Below are positions 1 through 10,100 of a stretch of 64,000 nucleotides of DNA, piece after piece. A program made the translations under genes and the position numbers. The notes beneath the pieces were generated by a model. The model saw nothing but the letters and a program-made list of their open reading frames with translations, was not told where the DNA came from and ran no database searches. Location: positions 32,001 to 96,000 of IMG/VR virus record IMGVR_UViG_3300031603_000001; one strand, given 5' to 3'. How positions within the stretch are numbered: position 1 is the stretch's first letter; each line of letters opens with the position of its first letter. Source of the stretch: a virus.

Positions 1-2
1 CT

Positions 3-3000
3 CCATTAGATCTAGTCAGCTTAGTGCATGGCATGGGTAAGAGCGCTCAGCATTGGGGATTACGAGCACTCGGTACAAGGTCAACTAGTAGTAGTGTGGC
101 AGATTTCTGGATCAAGTTCAGTAGAGCAGAGACTCTTTCTGGATTTCCTAATATCACACCAAGACTGCTTGGTACAACTGCAAACATATTATTACAATCA
201 TTCGACTTAGCTACTCGCACCAAAAAAGGCGGAGCAGGTCCAGCAGATTTCAACGTCATGGCGGGCTTCCTGTCAGGGCAAGCAGGTGTAAACCATGTTA
301 ACATGTGGAATGAAAACGCTATTGGCGATACCCTCTTAGATACACAATTACTCAACGAATTCTACCTGAATAAGCGTGGAGTAATACCGGATACACTGGA
401 CATAAAAGGGCTACCTAATCCTAAGAAGATAGGAATTACCTCAGCATCCGTACTAGACGTCACCGAGGAACTTGAGATCCTAGGCAGCCTACAAAAACAT
501 GTAGACTTCGACGATCCTAATTTCCACAGCATGGGCCGTAATGAACGTTCACATTACCTACAAGGAAAGTTTGGAAAGAAGCCATCTGACGATTTCTTAC
601 ACAACTTACAACTCGCTAAAGACCAACGAGAAACTGTATGGTACGCTGACCGGGAATGGTTACATAGAGCTAAGCTTTTAAAACCAAGAGGACCTGGTGG
701 TAATCGATTCATACGTTATGATGCCCCCACACTTACTCAGCTATCTAAAGGCTTCGATATACATGGTGGCGGAAGTTGGCAGACACAGATAGCGCGGGCA
801 TTAGATTCTAATGGTGCTGACTCAATTAAAGCAGTAGGATACAACGGCAAGACTGTTATACTAGACAGTCTAAAGAAACGACTGATTGATGCTAAACTTA
901 TTGACGGAAATGGTAGACTACAGTTTGAATTTGATGTTAAGGATTTATTAGAGTCACAGATTGAGAAATTAGGCAGTAATACCGGTGGCGATGCCGCTAA
1001 GCACAAAGAACTTCTACAAGCTCTGCTGCGTCAAGTAGATGAAGCTTCTGTAACCAAAGACCATTTTGTACTTCCTAGCATAGGAGGCGTACAAGCTCCT
1101 TACGCTTCAGGAGATCGTGTACTATTCTCAGGATTAATGAAAGACACTCAGGGCACACTGCAGGCTTTCGGCAAGCTTGATAGCATGCGTATTGATTTAA
1201 CAATGGACACCGCTACCTCCAAATACCGTAAGTACCGAAAAGGAAAAGGCGGAATACACGAAGCTGCTATTATAGACATGGGAATAGATTCGGTAGTAGC
1301 TGATATTAAACGTAACGCTATGGAAGTCTCCGGTAGAGTTATGAATACCTGGACCAAGATAGGTACGGCGGGGTTCCAGCAAGCTAACTTCAGAGCAGCA
1401 GCTGGTACCACGACAATGGCATGGGGCAAGCTCCAAAATTCAATGACACTTGTACCGGCTCTTGAACAAGTGTACTCCAAGATAGGTACTTCTGATTTCG
1501 TTAACACATCCTACGCACTTCCCGACTTCTTGAACGTATCAGACAAGTCCCCCTTCAAACTAGACACCTGGTTAAGTAACCTCAGCAAGGGTAACAAAGT
1601 ATTTGCACCCCAAGGAGGAACAGGGAGGGATCTAGTACTACAGACAAAAGGGTTTGGTCTAGGAGAAAGTCCAATATCCTATCAGTCAGCCGTCGACTTA
1701 CTTCAGGAGCTAAAACAAACAGGGCAATTAGGTGTATCAGACGAGGCAGCTGCAGGATGGCTGCGTGGAGAAACTGGCCGAAGAATGGGCCGCAATAGAT
1801 CTCCTGATGCAGTACAAGGTCAAGTACTAATCGGCCAACTATACGTACAGCCGGATGAATTATGGAAAGCTGCGGACTCCTTAGGTGCTCCTTACGTATC
1901 TAACTCAGCGGTATACGTAGATCGCGTTGCCATGAAGTTCATGCGTGGTGATCAGGACGGTGACCTTGCAGCACTGCTAAACATGGGCGGGTTTATTGAT
2001 TCAGAAACGGGACAGATAGGGCCTAAAGGCAGCGCTTCCCGTAATCTTACAGGTGGAATCTCAGTATCAGAAGCAACTGAAAAGATGGCCTTGGCACATT
2101 CATCGTACTTAGCTAAGTGGGAAGAACTAGAACGGCGAAGAAAAGGAATTGGACGAGCAGCCCCGGGTGATGTGTACTTTGCAGGCACAGTGAACCAGGA
2201 TGGTAGAGAGTTATTCCTACATAAAGATCCTACTAAACATCTCACCATGACTGCTAGCCTACGGGAAACACTCCCGGAAGGCCTACTTTCTGATGTTATC
2301 CAGATAGACGATCCTGTACAAACAAGTGTACAGCACCTTACCCAGAAATCCTTTACACCTATAATTGGTGGGTACGTTAAAGGTGCTATCGCCATGGCGT
2401 ATGGAGGAAGGTTAGGACTACTAAACAGATTAGAAGATGAAATAGCAGGATCTCCAGGCGCATTCGACACACTACTCGAGAAGAATAACCTCGGAGGAAT
2501 CTACGGACGTACCTTGACTAGTGGCGCATATCTGAAATCTATGGGCACACTCAATACAGTGCATCCAAACCTATTAAATCAAACTGGACACGAGCTTGTA
2601 GGAAATGCCATGTCAGCTATGATGCAAGAGGGTGGTATAACAAAGATCAACACTAACCCAGTAGCAGGCCTCGTCACGTTGATGTCTCATATGCGTAACA
2701 TCAAAACAGCTATGGGTACTCCTCAATTTGATGAAGCTACTAAATTCCTTGCATATATGGATGATCACCCCGACTTTGAGGGTATGAGTATACTCCATCA
2801 GTTACGAGACCGCCCAGCCTCACAGTACAGCCAAGTAGAGAATGTACAACTTCGGCAGACAGCTTACGAATTAGCCAATGCGTATGGTATAGCAACCAAT
2901 ACACTAGAAGCTACTGCTAAAATAAACCAAGCCCAATTCCTAGAAACAATAGGAGAAAAGAAGAACAAAGGCAAGATTGCTGAAATGCTTGATACTATAC

Positions 3001-3659
3001 ACACTAGTAGGTTTATTGGAGACATGGATAGGCAAGCTGCTAGCGGGCCTACTTCAGAAATACAATCACTAGTTGCAGGTAATGACGGCTTTACCACAGC
3101 CTTTAGATCAACCCTCACTCACTCTATGCGTTCCTTAGGTATGCACAATAATACTACAGAAAACTTAGTAGCAGGCATGATGGGAGGCATAGGTAGCACA
3201 ACAACTATGCGTATGCGCTCGGCTGGTAGAATAATGACAGAGACCCTTAAAGAGAACGTCGGGCGTTTGTTTAATTTCATAGACTCATCAACTGTACGTA
3301 AACTATCCGGACGTATAGGTACTGTTGCTGCAGCACTTACGTTCTTTGATCCAAACACAGGTTCCATGATGATAGGAGAGGGTGAAGGACGTGGCGGAGA
3401 ATACAGTGACATACCATCTGGTAAGGAAGTGATGAGAGCTTTCAAGAACCGCAAGACTGTTAGAACTAAAGAAGCCAACCCCTTCTTGCAAGATAAGCTA
3501 GCACGTCTCTCATTTGCTAACCCTAGAAATGAACGTAGAACTGTCAGAGGGCAACTGGTACCAGAGGCGCCAAAGTATGAATACAACAACCATACACGCA
3601 AATTCAATAAATTTAATATTAGTGACCATCTCCGCAGAGCTGGTGCGATAATGCAATGA
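3..3659 (+). CDS. Giant virion protein (5'-truncated) with putative single-chain two-barrel RNA polymerase domain and a helical tape-measure-like C-terminus
   Basis: The frame is open back to position 3. Motifs in order: GDRVLFSGLMK (1110-1142), RSP (1797-1805), SAVYVDRVAMKFMRGDQDGD (DxDGD at 1950-1964). It lies directly upstream of the baseplate genes. Confidence 0.6.
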   Translation, partial: PLDLVSLVHGMGKSAQHWGLRALGTRSTSSSVADFWIKFSRAETLSGFPNITPRLLGTTANILLQSFDLATRTKKGGAGPADFNVMAGFLSGQAGVNHVNMWNENAIGDTLLDTQLLNEFYLNKRGVIPDTLDIKGLPNPKKIGITSASVLDVTEELEILGSLQKHVDFDDPNFHSMGRNERSHYLQGKFGKKPSDDFLHNLQLAKDQRETVWYADREWLHRAKLLKPRGPGGNRFIRYDAPTLTQLSKGFDIHGGGSWQTQIARALDSNGADSIKAVGYNGKTVILDSLKKRLIDAKLIDGNGRLQFEFDVKDLLESQIEKLGSNTGGDAAKHKELLQALLRQVDEASVTKDHFVLPSIGGVQAPYASGDRVLFSGLMKDTQGTLQAFGKLDSMRIDLTMDTATSKYRKYRKGKGGIHEAAIIDMGIDSVVADIKRNAMEVSGRVMNTWTKIGTAGFQQANFRAAAGTTTMAWGKLQNSMTLVPALEQVYSKIGTSDFVNTSYALPDFLNVSDKSPFKLDTWLSNLSKGNKVFAPQGGTGRDLVLQTKGFGLGESPISYQSAVDLLQELKQTGQLGVSDEAAAGWLRGETGRRMGRNRSPDAVQGQVLIGQLYVQPDELWKAADSLGAPYVSNSAVYVDRVAMKFMRGDQDGDLAALLNMGGFIDSETGQIGPKGSASRNLTGGISVSEATEKMALAHSSYLAKWEELERRRKGIGRAAPGDVYFAGTVNQDGRELFLHKDPTKHLTMTASLRETLPEGLLSDVIQIDDPVQTSVQHLTQKSFTPIIGGYVKGAIAMAYGGRLGLLNRLEDEIAGSPGAFDTLLEKNNLGGIYGRTLTSGAYLKSMGTLNTVHPNLLNQTGHELVGNAMSAMMQEGGITKINTNPVAGLVTLMSHMRNIKTAMGTPQFDEATKFLAYMDDHPDFEGMSILHQLRDRPASQYSQVENVQLRQTAYELANAYGIATNTLEATAKINQAQFLETIGEKKNKGKIAEMLDTIHTSRFIGDMDRQAASGPTSEIQSLVAGNDGFTTAFRSTLTHSMRSLGMHNNTTENLVAGMMGGIGSTTTMRMRSAGRIMTETLKENVGRLFNFIDSSTVRKLSGRIGTVAAALTFFDPNTGSMMIGEGEGRGGEYSDIPSGKEVMRAFKNRKTVRTKEANPFLQDKLARLSFANPRNERRTVRGQLVPEAPKYEYNNHTRKFNKFNISDHLRRAGAIMQ

Positions 3660-3829
3660 TAGTAATTAACCTAGCACTGAAGAATATCCCTTACGAACTC
3701 GATATCCAACAGATACTCGATCACATCAGACTTATACTAATAGAACAATATGGCGTAGACCCAGAGTTCGTCGTCAACGATCATGATCTAGTTAACATAC
3801 TAAGACTTTCCGGATTACAAAATGGCTAA
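3656..3829 (+). CDS. Small hypothetical protein, 57 aa (MIVINLALKNIPYELDIQQILDH...SGLQNG), missing from the ORF track
   Basis: The ATG overlaps the upstream TGA (ATGA). The stop overlaps the next start, and the ORF fills the gap exactly. Confidence 0.7.
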   Translation: MIVINLALKNIPYELDIQQILDHIRLILIEQYGVDPEFVVNDHDLVNILRLSGLQNG

Positions 3830-6800
3830 TCTAAAATACACAGATATACTAGACGGTATCGCTACATTCGAATCTTCTACTACAGCCAGCGGGGCTACTA
3901 AAGTAAGTACACTCACAGGCAAGTACTATGGAATCTATCAAATAGACCGTGCTAACCAGACAAGAGTACTAGGTCTGGACGCTGAGGGCAAATACCTACC
4001 AAGGTACAAAGGATTCGGACTGAACTCTACAGTAGCGGCTGATTTAGCTAATCGAATACAAGTCGGCACAACCAATGCCACAGCATTAACTACAAATGAA
4101 CAAAGACTTGTATGGCTAATATGGCATACAATAGAAGCAGTATATCAACTGTATAAATTTGATGCACGTAAGTGGTCAACAGATGTCGACATAGATGGAC
4201 GCAGAATAGCTTTATCTAACATAAGTCCAGCAACAGCAGCACGTGCTAACGACGCTTTGTGGGATATACTCTGCAGTATTACAGCACGTTGTCCCGCGGG
4301 TGGGCACAAAACAGGCCCTACACATCTGCAGACTATCAAACAGCTACTAGGAGACCCATTAGATCCAAACAAAGCAGGTCCTGGCGCAGTTGGTAAATAT
4401 GGGCCGTCTGTGTTTAGATACATGGTCACAGCAAGGTACCCAATAGCACCTAATAATAACGGCTATGGCCAGTTATTAGGGTACACGAAGAGGCACAGTA
4501 AAGGTGCATTAAAAGTGTCTGATCCGGCTACAGAATCTAAAGCTGACTGGAGTGTATCAAGTCTGGACATTTACCAAACATTAGCAAAAGAACTAACAGA
4601 GTTAAACGACACTGTAGGTCTATTCTCAGCTTTTGAATTCGGGTACAAATTCATTAACAAACTATTCAGAGTTGATCTAGCGACTCTTAACAACGTGCAC
4701 GGTGAGCAAGCCAGTGAAGTGGCATATGACACACGCACGCTAGAAGGTATATACTCGTACATACCTACTATAGAAATGACTAAGAGTACACCAGGGCTTC
4801 CACTGTATATAGGCGACTTGGGTTTCATAACTCCTCCAACAGCTATACGGTACAACGCGGCCGGGCAGTCCTACGCTTTTGAAGCACTACGCACCAGTAG
4901 CAACCCTATTGTACCTGTTAGCACGCAAAGACCAAGTATATCAATCACCCTGTACCTACATGGACAGGATGAAGTAAACAATAAACTACGCCCATTACTC
5001 GCTATGGCTAAACGTACCCCTTTTACACAAGTACGAAGTGGGATACTGTACAACATGTTAGTAGACCGCATACTTGCACAAGAACTCGAAGATATAGAGG
5101 ATAAAGCACAAGTACCTATCCCTGTTATAATCGATAACGTTTCTTTCCATACAGTCCCAGGGTACCCTGACGCTGTGCAGGTGTTCTTAACACTACGCTT
5201 CTTCAATGTATTCCCATACGGAATGATGTATTCTTATAATCCACAGACTCCCGATGAGATATCGGAAACCGTTAATTACAAAATCAATGAAGTCCTACGC
5301 CACTCTAGGGCCTTCAACCCCATCAGCTCTGCTGGGGAAACATTCGTTTCAGCCGACGGCTCACGAGTTAAGCTGCCCAAAGAGCAGCTCCCTCAATCCT
5401 TGACTGCTAATCTACACGATTCCCCTGAGTTTATACATTTCTACAGAGAACAACTAGCTGATTACACAACTCCTATGAGTTACGTACAATTGCCCGCTAA
5501 ATGGCCTGCCTATATACCAGACGGCGCGGCACAGACTACCCTCACATACAACACTATTACTAAACTAAATAGTCCATTCGTTGACGCACTCGAGTGGGTG
5601 CAAGGGCAGAAGGATGAAATATCTAGAGTCACTAGGATATTTGACTGGCTATACACTGACCCCAGAGGGCTGAAAACCTATAAGAATAGTAGTGACCCTG
5701 CTGCAATTAAAATACTGTTCTGGGAAAAGCTAGCAAGTCTTATTGATGCTACCCATAACCTAAAGGAGGGCGTCAGATTAATAAGATCAGAAGCCAATAG
5801 ACTAGTACTAGACGTACTAGACTCTACGGATTCACAAGACTTTACCTCAGCCGATTACCAACTATTTGCAGAAGAACTTGTCAACAACCCCTTCGTAGGC
5901 ATACCGACTGATGAAGTACAACACACTAGCACTTTACACGATGTGTTCGAAGCAGCCGTAGGCGACAAGGTAGAGAATATAACTACTGCCACCTACAAAC
6001 GCTGGCTAGAGAACCTTATAAACAGGGACAGTCCTATTCTCGCTACAGTAGAGGATCTACTTACTGTCAAAGTCAAAGCCTTATTTGGCAGCACTGAGAC
6101 AGCACCACGTACTGTGGCATTAACTTCCCAAAAGACGCCTGGCCCTACAAACACAGAGCTCGCGTCTGTACTGACGTCTATTAGCATATCGTACGGAAAC
6201 AAACTAGTCCCGATAGACATATTACAATACAAAACACCAACGTTTCAACATACTGGTATGGGACAGTTCGGTATGAGTATGATTATACAAACAAATGACC
6301 CAGGTATGATATCCACCATTAATGATATTAGACTAACACAAGCCGCCTTATCTAATCCTAATGAGATGGGAGGAGGCCGAGATCGTATAACTATATCGGA
6401 CCCACTACTTAACTCGTTTGGTTTACAGTATTTCAGTATTCGTAATACTCAAATCAAAACTATGACAGGCGCTGTGGGTTGGTACGAAATAGCAATTGAT
6501 ACATTACATAATCCAAAGACATTACACATGGCTGAGGACATTAAATCACTTACCACTAGCGCTAAAGCAGTGGTGCGTAGGTTGACCCCTTTGTTCTTTC
6601 CAGCAGAAATTGATATTGATCATCTTAGAGGACCAGACGGAGGAGTAACTCAGCAACTAGATGCCGGAAGGCTCTCTGTAGTTGGGACAGAAGGCTGGGT
6701 GTATGCTGACCATGAGTATCTAACTACTGATTACCAATTCACGATAGCCGACAGCCTGGTAGCAGTTTCCCCAGGTCAAAGTGATAATGACATTCAAATT

Positions 6801-7139
6801 ACTAAATCATTAAATGCGATACTGGAGCCTATACGTTCCGTACTTTTAGACTGGTCTACTGTGCTAGTGGCTGGAGGGGCAACTCACTTCAAAGATATGA
6901 TTAAGATAATGGCCAAACGTTACATGACATTCTCCGCCCAATCTGCAGTATTATGGATGGCGCAGCATACCAGCGCTACTCTCCCGGACGCTAAGTACAT
7001 AGACTTAACAGACCCAGAAGTCTCCGGGGTATCCACTGCCACGGCAGTTGCACTACATGTGCATCGCAAAACATTTATGCACACACTCTTTACGAACGCG
7101 CAGTTCAATAAGCAAATGAAGATTGCTAAACAACCTTAA
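3822..7139 (+). CDS. Virion structural protein with N-terminal lysozyme/lytic transglycosylase-like domain
   Basis: N-terminal IATFES...GKYYGIYQI fits the lysozyme-superfamily ES...GxYQ pattern. It sits between the giant protein and the hub. Confidence 0.55.
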   Translation: MANLKYTDILDGIATFESSTTASGATKVSTLTGKYYGIYQIDRANQTRVLGLDAEGKYLPRYKGFGLNSTVAADLANRIQVGTTNATALTTNEQRLVWLIWHTIEAVYQLYKFDARKWSTDVDIDGRRIALSNISPATAARANDALWDILCSITARCPAGGHKTGPTHLQTIKQLLGDPLDPNKAGPGAVGKYGPSVFRYMVTARYPIAPNNNGYGQLLGYTKRHSKGALKVSDPATESKADWSVSSLDIYQTLAKELTELNDTVGLFSAFEFGYKFINKLFRVDLATLNNVHGEQASEVAYDTRTLEGIYSYIPTIEMTKSTPGLPLYIGDLGFITPPTAIRYNAAGQSYAFEALRTSSNPIVPVSTQRPSISITLYLHGQDEVNNKLRPLLAMAKRTPFTQVRSGILYNMLVDRILAQELEDIEDKAQVPIPVIIDNVSFHTVPGYPDAVQVFLTLRFFNVFPYGMMYSYNPQTPDEISETVNYKINEVLRHSRAFNPISSAGETFVSADGSRVKLPKEQLPQSLTANLHDSPEFIHFYREQLADYTTPMSYVQLPAKWPAYIPDGAAQTTLTYNTITKLNSPFVDALEWVQGQKDEISRVTRIFDWLYTDPRGLKTYKNSSDPAAIKILFWEKLASLIDATHNLKEGVRLIRSEANRLVLDVLDSTDSQDFTSADYQLFAEELVNNPFVGIPTDEVQHTSTLHDVFEAAVGDKVENITTATYKRWLENLINRDSPILATVEDLLTVKVKALFGSTETAPRTVALTSQKTPGPTNTELASVLTSISISYGNKLVPIDILQYKTPTFQHTGMGQFGMSMIIQTNDPGMISTINDIRLTQAALSNPNEMGGGRDRITISDPLLNSFGLQYFSIRNTQIKTMTGAVGWYEIAIDTLHNPKTLHMAEDIKSLTTSAKAVVRRLTPLFFPAEIDIDHLRGPDGGVTQQLDAGRLSVVGTEGWVYADHEYLTTDYQFTIADSLVAVSPGQSDNDIQITKSLNAILEPIRSVLLDWSTVLVAGGATHFKDMIKIMAKRYMTFSAQSAVLWMAQHTSATLPDAKYIDLTDPEVSGVSTATAVALHVHRKTFMHTLFTNAQFNKQMKIAKQP

Positions 7140-7149
7140 GTAGGTAAAT

Positions 7150-10100
7150 ATGGTAGACATACAACCACGATATCAAAATCCAGCTACAGAAGGAGACGGC
7201 GCTAACCCTGCCACAGCTCCGCCGCAAAGAACTTGGTTAAACAACTTTAATACAGAAGACTATACGTCATGGCTTAAAGAAGTTGCAGATAGTGTACGTA
7301 ATAACTACCCTGATTTTGATTTCAGAGAAGATGTTGTAGCAACATACAAAAGTGGAGGCACTCCTATTGACTCCCATAAACTACTGCACCCGGCGTGGTA
7401 TCTAGCCTCACGATCTTACACAGGGCCATTGGATCAAGTTAAAACATACCTTAATAAACTACGACTTTACTACCAAGGAACAATTGGCGCGTTATTCAGT
7501 ACATCCGCCGCAGCTGCACTTCACGACCGAAAGGATGTCCTTAGGAAATGGCTAGCGGACGAAGCTGGCAAAGGACTTCAAGATGAATTCCACGCATTAC
7601 TTGCTACAGGACTTAAGGCAGGCAAAAGTATCGTAACAGAGAGCCCGTTCGCTAGAGGCACTACTCCTGTAGATTACTTCAACCCTAATGTATTTGACTC
7701 AATCGATACAATTCTTGATGACGAACACCCGTTCAATAAATCAGGGGATGGCATAGCCGGTGAGATAGATGTCACACTTACTACCAGCCAGTTGTTCAAC
7801 ATAACACTCGCCTATAAGCTAGAAACATACTACGCTGTACAGGCTGTACTAGCAAGTAGCTTAAACGTAGGCAGCGTGTCCATCACTGTCGCAGGGACGA
7901 ATGCAACACTGCATACATCAGACAATCTTTACAAAGCAATACCTGATTACAAAGCACTTTTCACACTTATCAATAATCTATCCAGTAATCCTGCTAATCA
8001 GGCCACTACGATAGCTTCACTAGAAAGCATAACTGCTACTACAGACAGTAAGAATGCGTTAAATACACCATTAGGCTCTGTCTTAAGAGATCTACATCTA
8101 GAGATCACAGATTTATGCACAAACGGCACCATGGAGGCTGCCATACAGCCATTAGGGTTCCTGGACATAGACGCAGCTACCCTGAATGTGGAGCTAGATA
8201 AGCAACTAGCTCTAATGAAGAACAATGACTGGGAAGACAACTTTATTAAAGCATTTCCAACGTACAGATTGTTTATTATAGAAGAGGACACTAATCAATT
8301 ACGACTCTTTGATGATTTCTATTCATACGACGCTGTTCAATCTATTACAGTTGTTGAATCGAAGCATGCGGCTAGTTCAACAGCTATACTTAAGCTCTCT
8401 AACGTTACAGGCAGACTCAGCACAGCAGGTATAGAAGAGTTTCTATACGACCATGATAATCCGGCCCCTCTGTCCTCAATACAACTACGTTCCGGTACAA
8501 AGATTATGATCAGAATGGGATACGGGCCCGACTACCGTAACCTGCCAGTATCCTTCCTTGGGACAATAACAGAAGTAGTACCAGGTCCTGTACTTGAAAT
8601 ACAAGCACAAAGCTTTGGGGCAGAACTTTTACATGAATTCACTACAGAATTAGAAGGTACAGCAGATGCCCATGACTCTATGGGACAGGTCGTCATGACT
8701 GTACTAGACCAAACTCCCGGGTTAAAACACTTCGGTAGATGGCAGTTACAGCAGAACCAACTAGACGAAAAAACTACATCAGGCAAGACACTCAGTGATG
8801 CGTATAAAGTGGCCAACTTTGCCTACCTGACGGGTATGCTGATACAGGACTTCAATTTAGGGGCCCTGGACATGATAGGGATAAACCCATCACAATCCGG
8901 AGGGTTGGTAGCGGCTGCAGATTTTATCAATGCATGGCAGCAGAACACAAACGCCCATGCTATGCTACTCAACTTCGGTAATGATCTATATCAAAACATA
9001 TATGTAAACAATAAGAACCCTAGATTATACGGGTTCCTGCGTTTTGTTTCCCAACTAGAGGTAGATGGAGGCGGTAAATTAAACTGGTATATAGACAACC
9101 AAAGTACATGGTCTGCCTTGTGGGAACTAGCTACACACCACGGTGATTACATTGTAAGACCTCTTATATATAATGAGGGTATGTCTTTATTCTCAGGTAA
9201 CCAGGTACGTAACACTTTATACTTTGGACCACGTGAAGGAACATACAAAGCATTCGATACGCCCTACCACCTAAAAAGTGATGATGAAATAAGCGAAGGC
9301 TTCGCTACATTATATAGAGGATACACAGATGCAGAGCGTGCGGACTTGCCAGCACAGGCTGCTATTAATGCGTACAAGCCGGGCACCACGGCCAACGCCT
9401 TGTTCACAGATAAATCGTACCCACACACATACATTCAAATACCAGGTAAAGGCAAGCACCATGACCCTGAGTGCACCTGTTTGTTACCGGGACCTAGTAA
9501 CCCTCTTCCAAGTGAAGTAGAGGCTATGACTCTTATTGCAAAACTCACAAAAGGTAATCTAGCAGACGCAGAGATACACAGGATACGAGATCTTAATCGT
9601 GTACAGAACGATGTGTTCTCTTTACCAAGAGCAATAGGATCCGGAGTAGCAGAATCTATTGATCTATTGCTTGGAAGACCAAGTGAACTAGAATACGAAG
9701 GTAACATGATCTTCGAAATCATGAAAGGCTATGCCCCTAAACTGGCAGAGTTTGGCAAAGCACACCTAGAGTCTATGATGGACGTAGAGCAAGGGAGGGC
9801 AACCGCTACCACCATTGATACTCCTCTTGACTTATTTGTAGCAGCTACACCTATCGGTAACCTTAATATGTTCATGCATATAATCGCCGGGGGCAACCCC
9901 GGACGCTTTACACAAGGCTCCCACCCAACAGTTGGTTATATTCTAGAGAACCAAGTTGAGGTAGCGTTTGAGACTAAAGAGGCTTATCTAGAACAGTGGT
10001 ACACAGCGTTACGTCAAGACATTCCTCTCATTATAGCCAACAGTACTGCCCTTGGGATCACTCCTAGTTTATCAGAGCACCCAGGTCTGAGTCATCTAAA

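Noticed and set aside
1221-1250. KYRKYRKGKG as the RNAP beta-type lysine pair
   Set aside because: The spacing fits but the segment is Lys-rich and lacks the preceding GD. GDRVLFSGLMK at 1110-1142 is the better candidate.
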